DNA from: Candidatus Azambacteria bacterium
GTDB lineage: Bacteria > Patescibacteriota > Minisyncoccia > GWC2-36-17 > WO2-46-25
Assembly (NCBI GenBank): GCA_016200965.1
Contig: JACQDT010000013.1
Location: 1 to 53,993 of the forward strand
Reading direction: 5' to 3'
Length of the DNA: 53,993 nt
Shown here: piece after piece, positions 8,601-17,368 of the stretch
How the letters are laid out: each line of letters opens with the position of its first letter
Position numbering within the stretch: the first letter of the stretch is position 1
Position numbers and translations under genes: made by a program
Notes under the pieces: generated by a model
What the model was told of the DNA's origin: nothing
Databases searched by the model: none
What the model saw: the letters and a program-made list of their open reading frames with translations, nothing else

Positions 8601-9278
8601 TTAAAGTATGTACCTTCCCCCTTCCTCGTCCCTGACCACGCGCCCCTTGTCGAAGCTGATGACGCGCTTGTTGATGGTGTTGATGATTTCGCGGTCGTGG
8701 GTGGCTAAAATGATGGTCGTGCCCAGCTCGTGGATCTTCATGAGAAGCCGTATGACGTCCCATGTGTTGAGCGGATCCAGATTTCCGGTCGGCTCGTCGG
8801 CGATGATGATGTCCGGCTGGTGCACGAGCGCCCGCGCGATCGCCACCCGCTGCTGTTCCCCGCCCGAAAGCTCTCTGGGAAACTGCCCCGCTTTTTGCTC
8901 AAGGCCGACCAGCTGCAATATCTGCGGCACATCCTGCGCGATTTCCTTGCGCGGACTCCCCGCAACCTCCATGGCGAACGCCACGTTTTCAAACGCCGTG
9001 CGGTTGGCAAGAAGCTTGAAATCCTGAAACACCGTTCCTATCCTTCTGCGCAAATACGGCAGTTCTGTGCGGCTTATGCTCGTGATCTCTTTGTCGTCCA
9101 GATAAATCCTTCCCTGCGTGGGCGCTTCTTCCGCGATGAGCAGTTTCAACAGCGTGGACTTCCCCGCGCCCGACTGCCCGACGATGGACACGAATTCCCC
9201 CTGCGATATTTTTAAATTTATTCCTTCAAGCGCGGGGTGGGAATTATAATACTTGGACACGTTGCTGAAAAGGATCAT
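8601..9278 (-). CDS. ftsE: Cell division ATP-binding protein FtsE
   Basis: GQSGAGKST, LRRRIGTVFQDFKLL, LSGGEQQR, ADEPTGNLD. Confidence 0.95.
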   Translation of the reverse strand: MILFSNVSKYYNSHPALEGINLKISQGEFVSIVGQSGAGKSTLLKLLIAEEAPTQGRIYLDDKEITSISRTELPYLRRRIGTVFQDFKLLANRTAFENVAFAMEVAGSPRKEIAQDVPQILQLVGLEQKAGQFPRELSGGEQQRVAIARALVHQPDIIIADEPTGNLDPLNTWDVIRLLMKIHELGTTIILATHDREIINTINKRVISFDKGRVVRDEEGGRYIL

Positions 9279-9283
9279 GTCTT

Positions 9284-10394
9284 CTATTGTAACTCAGCTT
9301 CGATGAATAAATCCAGCTCTCCGTCCAGAACCGCCTGCGCGCCTGACGTTTCGGCGCCCCTGCGGTGGTCCTTCACCATCTGATACGGATGGAGCACATA
9401 GGAGCGGATCTGGCTTCCCCATTCGATATTGACCCGTTCGCCTTTGAGCTGGGACAGTTCTTTCGTCTTTTGCTTTTCAAGTTCCGCGACCAGCCGCGCC
9501 GCCAGCAACTTCATCGCTTCGTCTTTATTGGCCTGCTGGTTGCGCTGGGACTGGCAGGCGACCACGATGCCGGTCGGCTTGTGCCTGATCCGCACCGCCG
9601 TTTCGCGCTTGTTGACGTTCTGGCCGCCCGGACCGGACGAACGGAACGTATCTATTTCCAGATCCTCGCGCGGAATTTCGGCGATTTCCTGTTCTTTGGT
9701 TTCGGGAAGCGTTTCCACGTGCGCGAACGACGTGTGGCGGAGTTTTTGCCCCGAGAAAGGAGAAACCCGCACCAGCCGGTGCACGCCCATCTCTTTTTTC
9801 AGATACCCGTACGCGTATTTGCCTTCTATTTTAATCGTGGCGTTTTTGGTCACCGGCCCTTCCGTTCCCGCGCCTTCGCCGAAGTGCTGATGTAAAACGG
9901 TCGCCTGCCATCCGCGCAGGGCGGCATAGCGCAGATACATGCGCAAAAGCATGGACACCCAGTCCTGCGCGTCTTGCCCCCCTGCGCCCGCGACAATGGA
10001 AAGTATCGCGCCGTTTTTGTCGTATTTCCCGCCAAGAAGCGCCTCCCGCTTCGCCCGTTCAAAATGCCGTTCCCATCCGCCTATGCGCGAGAGAAGTTCC
10101 TGCTCAAAATGCTCCCGTTCTTTTTCGTCGGCAAGCGACACCACGAATTCGGCGTCTTTTTCCATCGCCAAAAGGGCCGTCTCTATCTCCTCCCAGCGCT
10201 TCAGCTCCTCTTTTTTCGCGGAGAGTTCCGAGCCGACCGCCGCGGCTTTTTCGCGGTCATTCCAGAATCCTTCTTTCTGGGTCTCCCTTTCCAGCTCCAT
10301 GATTTTGACCAGCGTTGCGCCCAAGTCAAAGACCGTCCTTCATCGTCTGAAGGCCCTCCTTGAGTTTACTGATTTTTTCTCCGATGTTGACCAT
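9284..10394 (-). CDS. prfB: Peptide chain release factor 2 with programmed +1 frameshift
   Basis: SPF and GGQ motifs. The first frame [22 protein letters not shown] ends at CTT TGA C (10325-10331), preceded by the purine-rich GAAGGACGG. Confidence 0.96.
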
Positions 10395-10400
10395 GTTTTC

Positions 10401-10476
10401 TGGAGCCGAAGGTGGGAGTCGAACCCACGACCTTCTCGTTACGAGTGAGATGCTCTGCCAACTGAGCTACTTCGGC
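10401..10476 (-). tRNA. tRNA-Thr(CGT)
   Basis: Acceptor stem GCCGAAG/CTTCGGC, loop CTCGTAA, GGTTCGACTCC, CCA encoded. Confidence 0.95.
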
Positions 10477-11132
10477 CTATGCAATTTTCTTTCTGCCTGG
10501 GCGATCACAAAAAAAAGCCACGTGCCCCCGATCACATAACTTGCCGCGATATCCGACGGCCAGTGCACTCCCAGATACAGCCGCGAGAAACCGATGAGCG
10601 CCACCACACACGGCGCGACGAACGCAAGCAGACCCTTGGTCCACAGCGAAGACGCGCGATGTATCAAAAAATAAACCACAATGCCCCAAAACGCAAGAGC
10701 AAGCGCGCCGTGCCCCGACGGGAAACTGTATCCGTTCTCCGGCATCAGCTGGGCCACGTGCGGACGCGCGCGCTCAAAAAGATATTTCAGGAACATGACG
10801 ATTGCGGACGCGCCCGCCATGGAAAGCAGAAGCGCGGAAAAATACACCGCACGCCGTTTTATCCAGAACAACGCAAGAAGCGCGATCGTGCCCGCCCAGA
10901 GCACTTTCGCGTCCCCGAACTCGGTGACCGCTCGCATGAGAACGGTGAGCGATTCCGTCCGTATCGCAATGACATTGCGCAGTATGAGCTCGTCAAATCC
11001 TTCGTACACGCTCGCTTCTTTCATGGCCACGGTGACACCTATCGCCGTCAAAAAAAATATCCCGTACGCAAGAAGCCCCGAAAAAAACCTCCTGTCGAAA
11101 AACGCCGAAATTTCTTTCAAAAATGGCCGCAT
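10467..11132 (-). CDS. PAP2-family phosphatase
   Basis: K...RARP, SFPSGH and SRLYLGVHWPSD motifs. Confidence 0.93.
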   Translation of the reverse strand: MRPFLKEISAFFDRRFFSGLLAYGIFFLTAIGVTVAMKEASVYEGFDELILRNVIAIRTESLTVLMRAVTEFGDAKVLWAGTIALLALFWIKRRAVYFSALLLSMAGASAIVMFLKYLFERARPHVAQLMPENGYSFPSGHGALALAFWGIVVYFLIHRASSLWTKGLLAFVAPCVVALIGFSRLYLGVHWPSDIAASYVIGGTWLFFVIAQAERKLHRPK

Positions 11133-11135
11133 AGG

Positions 11136-11483
11136 TCAGGCGAAAAGCACCCACGCAAATACCACCACCCACGCGATCGACGCCACCAGCGCGGCCCCCG
11201 CCGTCATGTCTTTGATCTTGCGTATTTCTTCCAATGAATCGGGCGAAAGCGCGTCCATCGCTCGTTCCGCCGCCGTATTAAGAAGCTCTACGGCAAGCAA
11301 AAGCCCGCCCGCAAGCACGATTGCCGCGCGATACGAAAGCGGCATGGGCTTCAGAACAATCACCACCAAGGAAACCGCAACGGCAAACGCCATAAGCTTA
11401 AAATTCTGCTCTTCGACAAACGCGGTCTTTAGCCCTTCAAAAGCGTGACGGAAACTTTTAATCAATCTCTTTGTGCTTATCAT
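11136..11483 (-). CDS. dgkA: Prokaryotic diacylglycerol/undecaprenol kinase (DgkA family)
   Basis: SFRHAFEGL...EQNF, ELLNTAAE, KIKDMTAGA. Confidence 0.88.
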   Translation of the reverse strand: MISTKRLIKSFRHAFEGLKTAFVEEQNFKLMAFAVAVSLVVIVLKPMPLSYRAAIVLAGGLLLAVELLNTAAERAMDALSPDSLEEIRKIKDMTAGAALVASIAWVVVFAWVLFA

Positions 11484-11493
11484 ATGGTTATAA

Positions 11494-12336
11494 TTATGCC
11501 GTATCGGCGCGCCAGGCGTCCACAAAATAACAAAACGCATTCATTAAACGCTTGGTACGCTCCCCCACCTTGCCGCCGCCTATTTTTTTACCATTCACCG
11601 AAACTACCGGCACGATGTCTTTGTTGGTCGCGGTAAGAAACGCTTCTGTGCCGGCAAAAAGCTCGCGTACGGACACATCCCTTTCTTTCAGCTTGAATTC
11701 TTTCTTGGCGAGCTTGATGACAAGATTTCTCGTTGTGCCGATAAGCACATCGCGCGCGGGGGTAACGAGCGTATCGCCTGAAAACATGAAAAAATTGCTG
11801 GTGGCCGCCTCAAGCACCCTTCCCTGCCACGTGTACAGGATTTCAAACGGCGCCTTCCCTTTCAAAGGATTATTTGCTTTCACCGCGGTAAGATAATTCA
11901 GCGATTTCACTTCAGGGAATTCGCGCTTGTGTTCACGGGTTTCAAGCGCCGCACCTTTTGCGTGCGCCGACGCAGGCAACTCATAAAACGGGGAAATCAA
12001 AATAAAAAAGGTCGGGGTGGCGCGATTGAAATGCACGCTGTCGGCCGCTTTCCCTCCCGTGAGCACGAAACGCACGGTGGATTCGGGAAGCTTGTTCTTC
12101 AAAAGCAGTTTTTTCACGATAGTGAACGCCTGCTGACGCGAAACCGGCACTTCCAGCCCCAGCGCGGCGGCGGAGCGCACAAGCCGCCCAAAATGCTCGT
12201 CAAACAAAAAAGGCCTCCCGCCATATGTCCGCAGTAGATCAAACACGCCGTATCCCCTCAGCACGCCCACGTCGCGGATTGAAACCCCCGCTTCGCTTTC
12301 CGGCATGATCTTCCCGTTGAAATAACAATAGGCCAT
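11494..12336 (-). CDS. Class IV aminotransferase (D-amino-acid / branched-chain type)
   Basis: GYGVFD, KSLNY (PLP lysine), EAATSNFF, GTTR, EAFLTAT. Confidence 0.92.
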   Translation of the reverse strand: MAYCYFNGKIMPESEAGVSIRDVGVLRGYGVFDLLRTYGGRPFLFDEHFGRLVRSAAALGLEVPVSRQQAFTIVKKLLLKNKLPESTVRFVLTGGKAADSVHFNRATPTFFILISPFYELPASAHAKGAALETREHKREFPEVKSLNYLTAVKANNPLKGKAPFEILYTWQGRVLEAATSNFFMFSGDTLVTPARDVLIGTTRNLVIKLAKKEFKLKERDVSVRELFAGTEAFLTATNKDIVPVVSVNGKKIGGGKVGERTKRLMNAFCYFVDAWRADTA

Positions 12337-12385
12337 TTTTATATTCTACCTTTAAAAGGAAACAACGGCAATTCCGTGAAAGCTC

Positions 12386-12459
12386 TGGAGCGAGTAGCGG
12401 GAATCAAACCCGCGTCTTATCCTTGGGAAGGATACATAATGCCATTATACTATACTCGC
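12386..12459 (-). tRNA. tRNA-Gly(CCC)
   Basis: Acceptor stem GCGAGTA/TACTCGC, anticodon arm TATCC-TTCCCAA-GGATA, CCA encoded; T-loop TTTGATT is non-canonical. Confidence 0.9.
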
Positions 12460-12476
12460 AAAATTTAACGGGATTG

Positions 12477-12577
12477 TTCCCGTTTTGTCTCCGAAATGTG
12501 CCGGAGCTACAAAACGCAATCCCGAGTATTCCCGAGGGACGTTTTATAACTTCGCTGCGCTTCAGACAAAACGGGAA
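12477..12577. repeat. 101-bp hairpin element with 14-bp terminal inverted repeats
   Basis: TTCCCGTTTTGTCT ... AGACAAAACGGGAA, with an inner TACAAAACG/CGTTTTATA stem. Confidence 0.75.
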
Positions 12578-12610
12578 GAAGGTCGCGTTCTACCACTGAA
12601 CCATACTCGC
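12578..12610 (-). pseudogene. 5' half of a tRNA-Gly-like gene
   Basis: GCGAGTATGGTTCAGTGGTAGAACGCGACCTTC gives the acceptor 5' strand, D arm and 5' anticodon stem; no matching 3' half follows. Confidence 0.75.
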
Positions 12611-12618
12611 AAAAAAAA

Positions 12619-13026
12619 TTAATTCCCAAACAACACGTCAAACCATTTCTTGGAATTGGAAATCCAATTCGGGGAAGCGATGTTCCTCGCGGGGATCGCC
12701 GCTCCGTTTTTTGTCTGCGGCGCGCCCGAGGTGATGATCACGGCTTTCTCCCCTTCCTTTACGAAATTCAGCTTTTTACGCGCTTCTTTTTCTATCACGT
12801 CTTTATCCTGCAAGCGGGTCACTAGTGTTTTAAGACCCTCGCTTTTTTGAGCCAACGCCCGCAGTTGGTCGTCAAGATTTGAAATTTGTTTGTTTATCTG
12901 GTATTTTTGGTAGGAGACGGCGTATACTTTATATGCCAAAAATCCGACCGCAACAATAAGCAGAGCGGCGGCCGTCTTTGAGAAAAAAGAGTAAAATCCC
13001 CTCCCGCGCTTGCGTGAACGTATCAT
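12619..13026 (-). CDS. Septum formation initiator (FtsB/DivIC family)
   Basis: Single TM segment, coiled coil, IEKEARKKLNFVKEGE motif. Confidence 0.88.
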   Translation of the reverse strand: MIRSRKRGRGFYSFFSKTAAALLIVAVGFLAYKVYAVSYQKYQINKQISNLDDQLRALAQKSEGLKTLVTRLQDKDVIEKEARKKLNFVKEGEKAVIITSGAPQTKNGAAIPARNIASPNWISNSKKWFDVLFGN

Positions 13027-13061
13027 TTGTATATTCTAACAACTTTTGTGTTATGTTCAAG

Positions 13062-13154
13062 ATGAAAAAAATAGCAAAGATGTTCTGGATCGTTTCGGTC
13101 GTTCTCGTCATCCTCGGCATGATCGCCTTCACCATCTTTCCGCTTCTTCTTTAA
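13062..13154 (+). CDS. 30-aa single-TM microprotein (DUF4044/Prli42-like), missing from the ORF track
   Basis: MKKIAKMFWIVSVVLVILGMIAFTIFPLLL fills the gap between the ftsB-like gene and lepA. Confidence 0.6.
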   Translation: MKKIAKMFWIVSVVLVILGMIAFTIFPLLL

Positions 13155-13179
13155 AGCCCGCAGCCCTTTGGCCGGAATA

Positions 13180-14970
13180 CTATTTCTGCAGTATTTTGAA
13201 ATACACTTCCGGAGGGATATGCACTTTCCCCGAGGCCTTCATGCGTTCCTTGCCCTTCTTCTGCTTTTCAAGCAGTTTTTTCTTACGCGTGTAGTCGCCG
13301 CCGTAGAGATACCCTGTCACGTCCTTGCGCATAGCGGCCATGGTCTCGCGCGCGATCACCTTGCCGCCAATGGCCGCCTGCAAAGATACGGCAAACAGCT
13401 GGCGCGGGAGCACCTCCTTTAATTTTTCCACGAGCGTGCGCCCTCTTTTTTCCGCCTGCGCGCGGGGCACTATCTGCGCGAACGGTTCCACCAGATCGCC
13501 GGCAACCAAAATATCCATCCGCACCAGATCGCCGGGCACAAAACCGGTAACTTCATAGCTGAGCGACGCATAGCCGGACGTCACCGACTTGAGCCGGTCG
13601 TAGAAATCAACGATGATCTCGGCAAGCGGCGCATCGTATGTCAGCAATACCTTTTCTGCCGTCACATATTGGGTTTCACAATACGTGCCGCGCGACTCGT
13701 CAAGCAGTTTCATGACCGGGCCAAGATAGGACGCATCGGTTACAATCTCAAGCCGCACGAACGGTTCCGCGATTTCGGCCACTTGCCCCGCGTCCTGTAT
13801 CTGGCTCGGCGCATACACCACCATTTCTTTGTTGTTGCGCATTTTTATTTTATACGACACCGAAGGAATCGTAATGAGCGGCGCGATGTCGTATTCGCGC
13901 AGAAGCCGCTCTCTAATGATGTCCATGTGGAGCACGCCCAGAAATCCGCACCGGAATCCTCTGCCCAATGCGTCGGACTGCTCCGGCTCGAAATGAAACG
14001 ACGCATCGTTGAGCTTTAATTTCGAAAGCGCGTCGCGCAATACGTCAAAATCGTCGGCGTCCTGCGGAAAGAAACTCGCGAACACCACGCGCTGGGGCTC
14101 TTTGTATCCGGTAAGCGCCGCTGAACCGCCTCCCTCCCGCGCTATAGTATCTCCCACCCGCACACGCTGAATTTCCTTCAAGCCGGTGGCGATATACCCT
14201 ATTTCTCCCGCCAACAGTATTCCGGAACTTTCAAAGTGCGGCTTGAACACTCCCGTCTCAAGCACCTCCGCTTTCGCATCCCCCGCCATGAAACGCACCG
14301 TTTCGTGCGTCTTGACCGATCCGTCGATCACGCGAATGTTCGCCACGACTCCTTTATACGCGTCGTACGAAGAATCAAAAATGAGCGCCGTAAGCGACCC
14401 TGCGGGATTGCCGCGGGGAGCCGGGACCAATGCCACCACTTTTTCCAAAAGCTCGAGCGTACCTTCGCCCGTTTTTCCGGAAATGGAAAGGATCTCATCT
14501 TCTGAAATCTCAAGGAGCTTCGCGATTTCTTCTTTCGTTTCCGGAACCCGCGCGTTTTGCAGATCGATTTTATTGACCGCCGGAATGATGCGAAGATGCT
14601 GTTTCTGCGCCTGCTCCAAGTTGGCGAGCGTCTGCGCCTGCACGCCTTTGGTCGCGTCCACAAGCAGAATCGCCCCTTCCACCGCCGCAAGCGAGCGCGA
14701 CACTTCGTAGCCGAAATCCACATGCCCGGGCGTATCAATGAGGTTCAATATATACTGCTGCCCGTCGCGCGCCGTGTACTCCATCCGCACGGGCTGCATT
14801 TTGATGGTGATTCCCCGCTCGCGCTCGATGGACATGGTATCCAGCATCTGCTCTTGCATCTTGCGTTTCTGGACCGTGCCGGTCAATTCCAAAAAACGGT
14901 CCGCGAGCGTGGACTTGCCGTGATCGATATGCGCGATAATCACAAAATTGCGGATGTGCTTCTGATCCAT
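13180..14970 (-). CDS. lepA: Elongation factor 4
   Basis: AHIDHGKST, ERERGITIK, DTPGHVDF, GFRCGFLG, LYGGDYTRKKKLLEKQK. Confidence 0.98.
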   Translation of the reverse strand: MDQKHIRNFVIIAHIDHGKSTLADRFLELTGTVQKRKMQEQMLDTMSIERERGITIKMQPVRMEYTARDGQQYILNLIDTPGHVDFGYEVSRSLAAVEGAILLVDATKGVQAQTLANLEQAQKQHLRIIPAVNKIDLQNARVPETKEEIAKLLEISEDEILSISGKTGEGTLELLEKVVALVPAPRGNPAGSLTALIFDSSYDAYKGVVANIRVIDGSVKTHETVRFMAGDAKAEVLETGVFKPHFESSGILLAGEIGYIATGLKEIQRVRVGDTIAREGGGSAALTGYKEPQRVVFASFFPQDADDFDVLRDALSKLKLNDASFHFEPEQSDALGRGFRCGFLGVLHMDIIRERLLREYDIAPLITIPSVSYKIKMRNNKEMVVYAPSQIQDAGQVAEIAEPFVRLEIVTDASYLGPVMKLLDESRGTYCETQYVTAEKVLLTYDAPLAEIIVDFYDRLKSVTSGYASLSYEVTGFVPGDLVRMDILVAGDLVEPFAQIVPRAQAEKRGRTLVEKLKEVLPRQLFAVSLQAAIGGKVIARETMAAMRKDVTGYLYGGDYTRKKKLLEKQKKGKERMKASGKVHIPPEVYFKILQK

Positions 14971-15190
14971 CCCAGTATATCAACCTCGACTAATGAAACG
15001 TTAGGGTGCGCCGTTGGATTGTCGTGGTCTGCGATATTTGGTCTCTATTGGGATAATCAATGCAAACGAGACGTTTCATCAAACGGCATGCCCAGATAGA
15101 GGACTTCGGCTGACTTCGTCATCATGCCGCTTCGCGGCTGCCGAAGTGCTTCTACTGGGCGTGCCCAGTCGAGGTTGTATTACTGGGCAT
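14971..15190. repeat. Structured repeated element in the lepA leader (copy 1)
   Basis: ~21-bp imperfect terminal inverted repeats; homologous to 53871-53993. Confidence 0.8.
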
Positions 15191-15258
15191 CCTACAAACG
15201 TATCATACGAAAGACGAAAAGTGAAGCGCTCCGAAAGCGGAGCGCGAAACCCCGTACC

Positions 15259-15309
15259 GTCCCGCCCTTTTGGTAAAGAAAGTTCTTTTCCTAACCAAAA
15301 GGGCGGGAC
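15259..15309. mobile_element. ~50-bp hairpin/MITE-like element of the CCCGCCCTTTTG family
   Basis: GTCCCGCCCTTTTGG...CCAAAAGGGCGGGAC; same termini and internal AAAGAA..TTCC as the copies inside rnpB. Confidence 0.75.
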
Positions 15310-15322
15310 TGGTGCGCGGGAT

Positions 15323-15967
15323 CTATTCGTTCTTGTGCGATGAGGTGACAACAAACAAGGCAGTGAAAACGAATGTGATCAAAAGCAGGGAGTAACCAAA
15401 AAACAGGAAACCGAACGTATTGAAATTGTGAATAACCACTCCACTTGAACCTCCGATGAGAAAAGCAAGGCCTAAAAATAACATCGGTTTTTTATGTTTC
15501 TGAATGTTTCTGATGTTAGAAAGAAGGGTAAAGGCAGCTGCAAGCGTGGAACAAAAGAGTATCGCGCCGAATGTCGCGCTGTTCTGAAGCGGATAATGCC
15601 AGTAAATAAGCCAATTATCCATCACGGGCTTCCCTGGAAAATATAGCGCTAAAGTGAAAAACATGCCTGATATGACATTCACCACGGTAGTGACGACGGA
15701 GGGAGACAGCGGAAGGTCTTGAAACCTCACGAACGCCCTTAAGACAAATGCAAACGCGAATAAAACCAAGGAATCACCTAAAACACCGGCAAAGTCGGAA
15801 ATAATCAAAAAGGTTGGATAAATCAGAAAAGCTATCCCAAGTATGGAAAAGAACATGCTGAACTCCCAGTACGGATCGTACTGATTTTTCTTCCATATCG
15901 TGAAAAAATACCTGCCTGTCCAAAGTGCTATCACTGCGGAAAACAAATACACAAAAATAGAAAACAT
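15323..15967 (-). CDS. Multi-TM (~7 TM) membrane protein, paralog 4 of a tandem array
   Basis: Shared motifs WKK..Y.EF, FVLRAFVRFQ, LIYWHYP, TLLSN. Confidence 0.8.
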   Translation of the reverse strand: MFSIFVYLFSAVIALWTGRYFFTIWKKNQYDPYWEFSMFFSILGIAFLIYPTFLIISDFAGVLGDSLVLFAFAFVLRAFVRFQDLPLSPSVVTTVVNVISGMFFTLALYFPGKPVMDNWLIYWHYPLQNSATFGAILFCSTLAAAFTLLSNIRNIQKHKKPMLFLGLAFLIGGSSGVVIHNFNTFGFLFFGYSLLLITFVFTALFVVTSSHKNE

Positions 15968-16626
15968 TATTCTTTTTTATTGGATGAAGTAATAAGAAAC
16001 AGCGTAGCAAGGACAAAAGTAAGCAGAAGGAGGACATAGGACGTCAGAAGCAATCCGAAGGTGTTGCAACTCACCAGCAATACCCCGCCCACTCCTCCTG
16101 TAATAAATCCCGTACCCAAAAAGAGGATCTGCCTCTGATGTTTCTGTATATTTTTCAGATTAGAAAGAAGGGTGATCGCCATGATAATCGTAAAGAGAAA
16201 AATGAGCACACTGTAGACGATATAGTTGGCGGGCGGGTAATGCCAATAGATGAGGTTGTCCGCAAGCACCGGCGCGGTGGGAAACAAAAATGCCACAAAC
16301 GCCTCCGTGGCTGAAGCAAGCGTCACGAGCGCGGTGATCACATTAGGAGAGAATGAAAGCCCCTGAAATCGCACAAACGAACGCAGGACGAACGCAAACG
16401 CGAACAAAGTAAAGAAGTTTCCCACTTGCGCCCATATCCCCGAAACAGGAGACAACCCGAATATGAATGGGGTGATATATATGATAAAGGATGTTGCAAG
16501 CAGAAAAAAGAATATGGAGAACTCGCCGTATGAGGAAAGGGCGTTTTTCTTCCACAGCGCGAAGAAATATCTGCTCGCCCACAACGCTATCACCGCGCAA
16601 AAAAGATAGACGAGAACGGAGAACAT
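15967..16626 (-). CDS. Multi-TM membrane protein, paralog 3
   Basis: Start MFSVLVYLF (ATG at 16626) chosen by homology to the paralogs. Confidence 0.8.
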   Translation of the reverse strand: MFSVLVYLFCAVIALWASRYFFALWKKNALSSYGEFSIFFFLLATSFIIYITPFIFGLSPVSGIWAQVGNFFTLFAFAFVLRSFVRFQGLSFSPNVITALVTLASATEAFVAFLFPTAPVLADNLIYWHYPPANYIVYSVLIFLFTIIMAITLLSNLKNIQKHQRQILFLGTGFITGGVGGVLLVSCNTFGLLLTSYVLLLLTFVLATLFLITSSNKKE

Positions 16627-16628
16627 AT

Positions 16629-17297
16629 TTATGGTTGTTCTTCTTTCTTTAAAAGCGAACTTAGTACGAATAACGCAACGAGAACGAAGGTAATAAGGAG
16701 GAGCACAGAACCCCACAACATCGGCCAAAACGAGTTAAAACCGATGATGAGAATTCCGGCAGCGCCGCTCAGTAAAAACGCGGTACCAAGATATAAGATC
16801 AGCTTCCTATTTTTTTGAATGTTCCTCAAATTAGAAAGTAGAGTCACGCCCATGGCGGCGGTATAGAATGTGAGCAATGCGAGATATATCGCTATGTTGG
16901 GCGGTGGGTAATGCCAATAAATAAGGCCCTCCTTTATTTGCGGCGCACACGAATAATACATCCCCATGCCGAGCTTTGCCAGAGAAGCAAGCATGGCAAG
17001 CACCATGATGGTGTCGGGAGATATCGCACTCATTTGCTGGAAACGCACAAACGCCCGGAGCACAAACGCAAAAGAAAAAAGAATGAAAAAGCTGATCAAT
17101 TCGCCCGCTACGGAAGAGAGCGCGGGGTTTCCAAACAACAAAAGCGCGGGAATGACAAACCCCAGACCCAGAAAAAGAAAGAATGCCCCGAATTCCCGAT
17201 ACGGATCGTACTGATTTTTCTTCCATGCCGCAAAGAAAAACCTGCTTGCCAAAAATGTTATCACTGCGGAAAAAAGATAAACGAAGGTGGAGAACAT
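16629..17297 (-). CDS. Multi-TM membrane protein, paralog 2
   Basis: MFSTFVYLFSAV...FVLRAFVRFQ...LIYWHYP. Confidence 0.8.
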   Translation of the reverse strand: MFSTFVYLFSAVITFLASRFFFAAWKKNQYDPYREFGAFFLFLGLGFVIPALLLFGNPALSSVAGELISFFILFSFAFVLRAFVRFQQMSAISPDTIMVLAMLASLAKLGMGMYYSCAPQIKEGLIYWHYPPPNIAIYLALLTFYTAAMGVTLLSNLRNIQKNRKLILYLGTAFLLSGAAGILIIGFNSFWPMLWGSVLLLITFVLVALFVLSSLLKKEEQP

Positions 17298-17368
17298 GGG
17301 ATTACCTATATGATATCAGATATCACCCCCTGCCATAATTTCAAAAAAGCAACCGTTTCATATACATA

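Noticed and set aside
8593-8763. His/Gln-rich N-terminal extension of FtsX in the ORF track
   Set aside because: It overlaps ftsE in another frame; ATG 8592 gives a normal-length FtsX.
14971-15190. Retron msr-msd or IscB omega-RNA
   Set aside because: No reverse transcriptase, IscB or TnpB gene lies next to copy 1; the context of copy 2 is cut by the window, so it cannot be fully excluded there.
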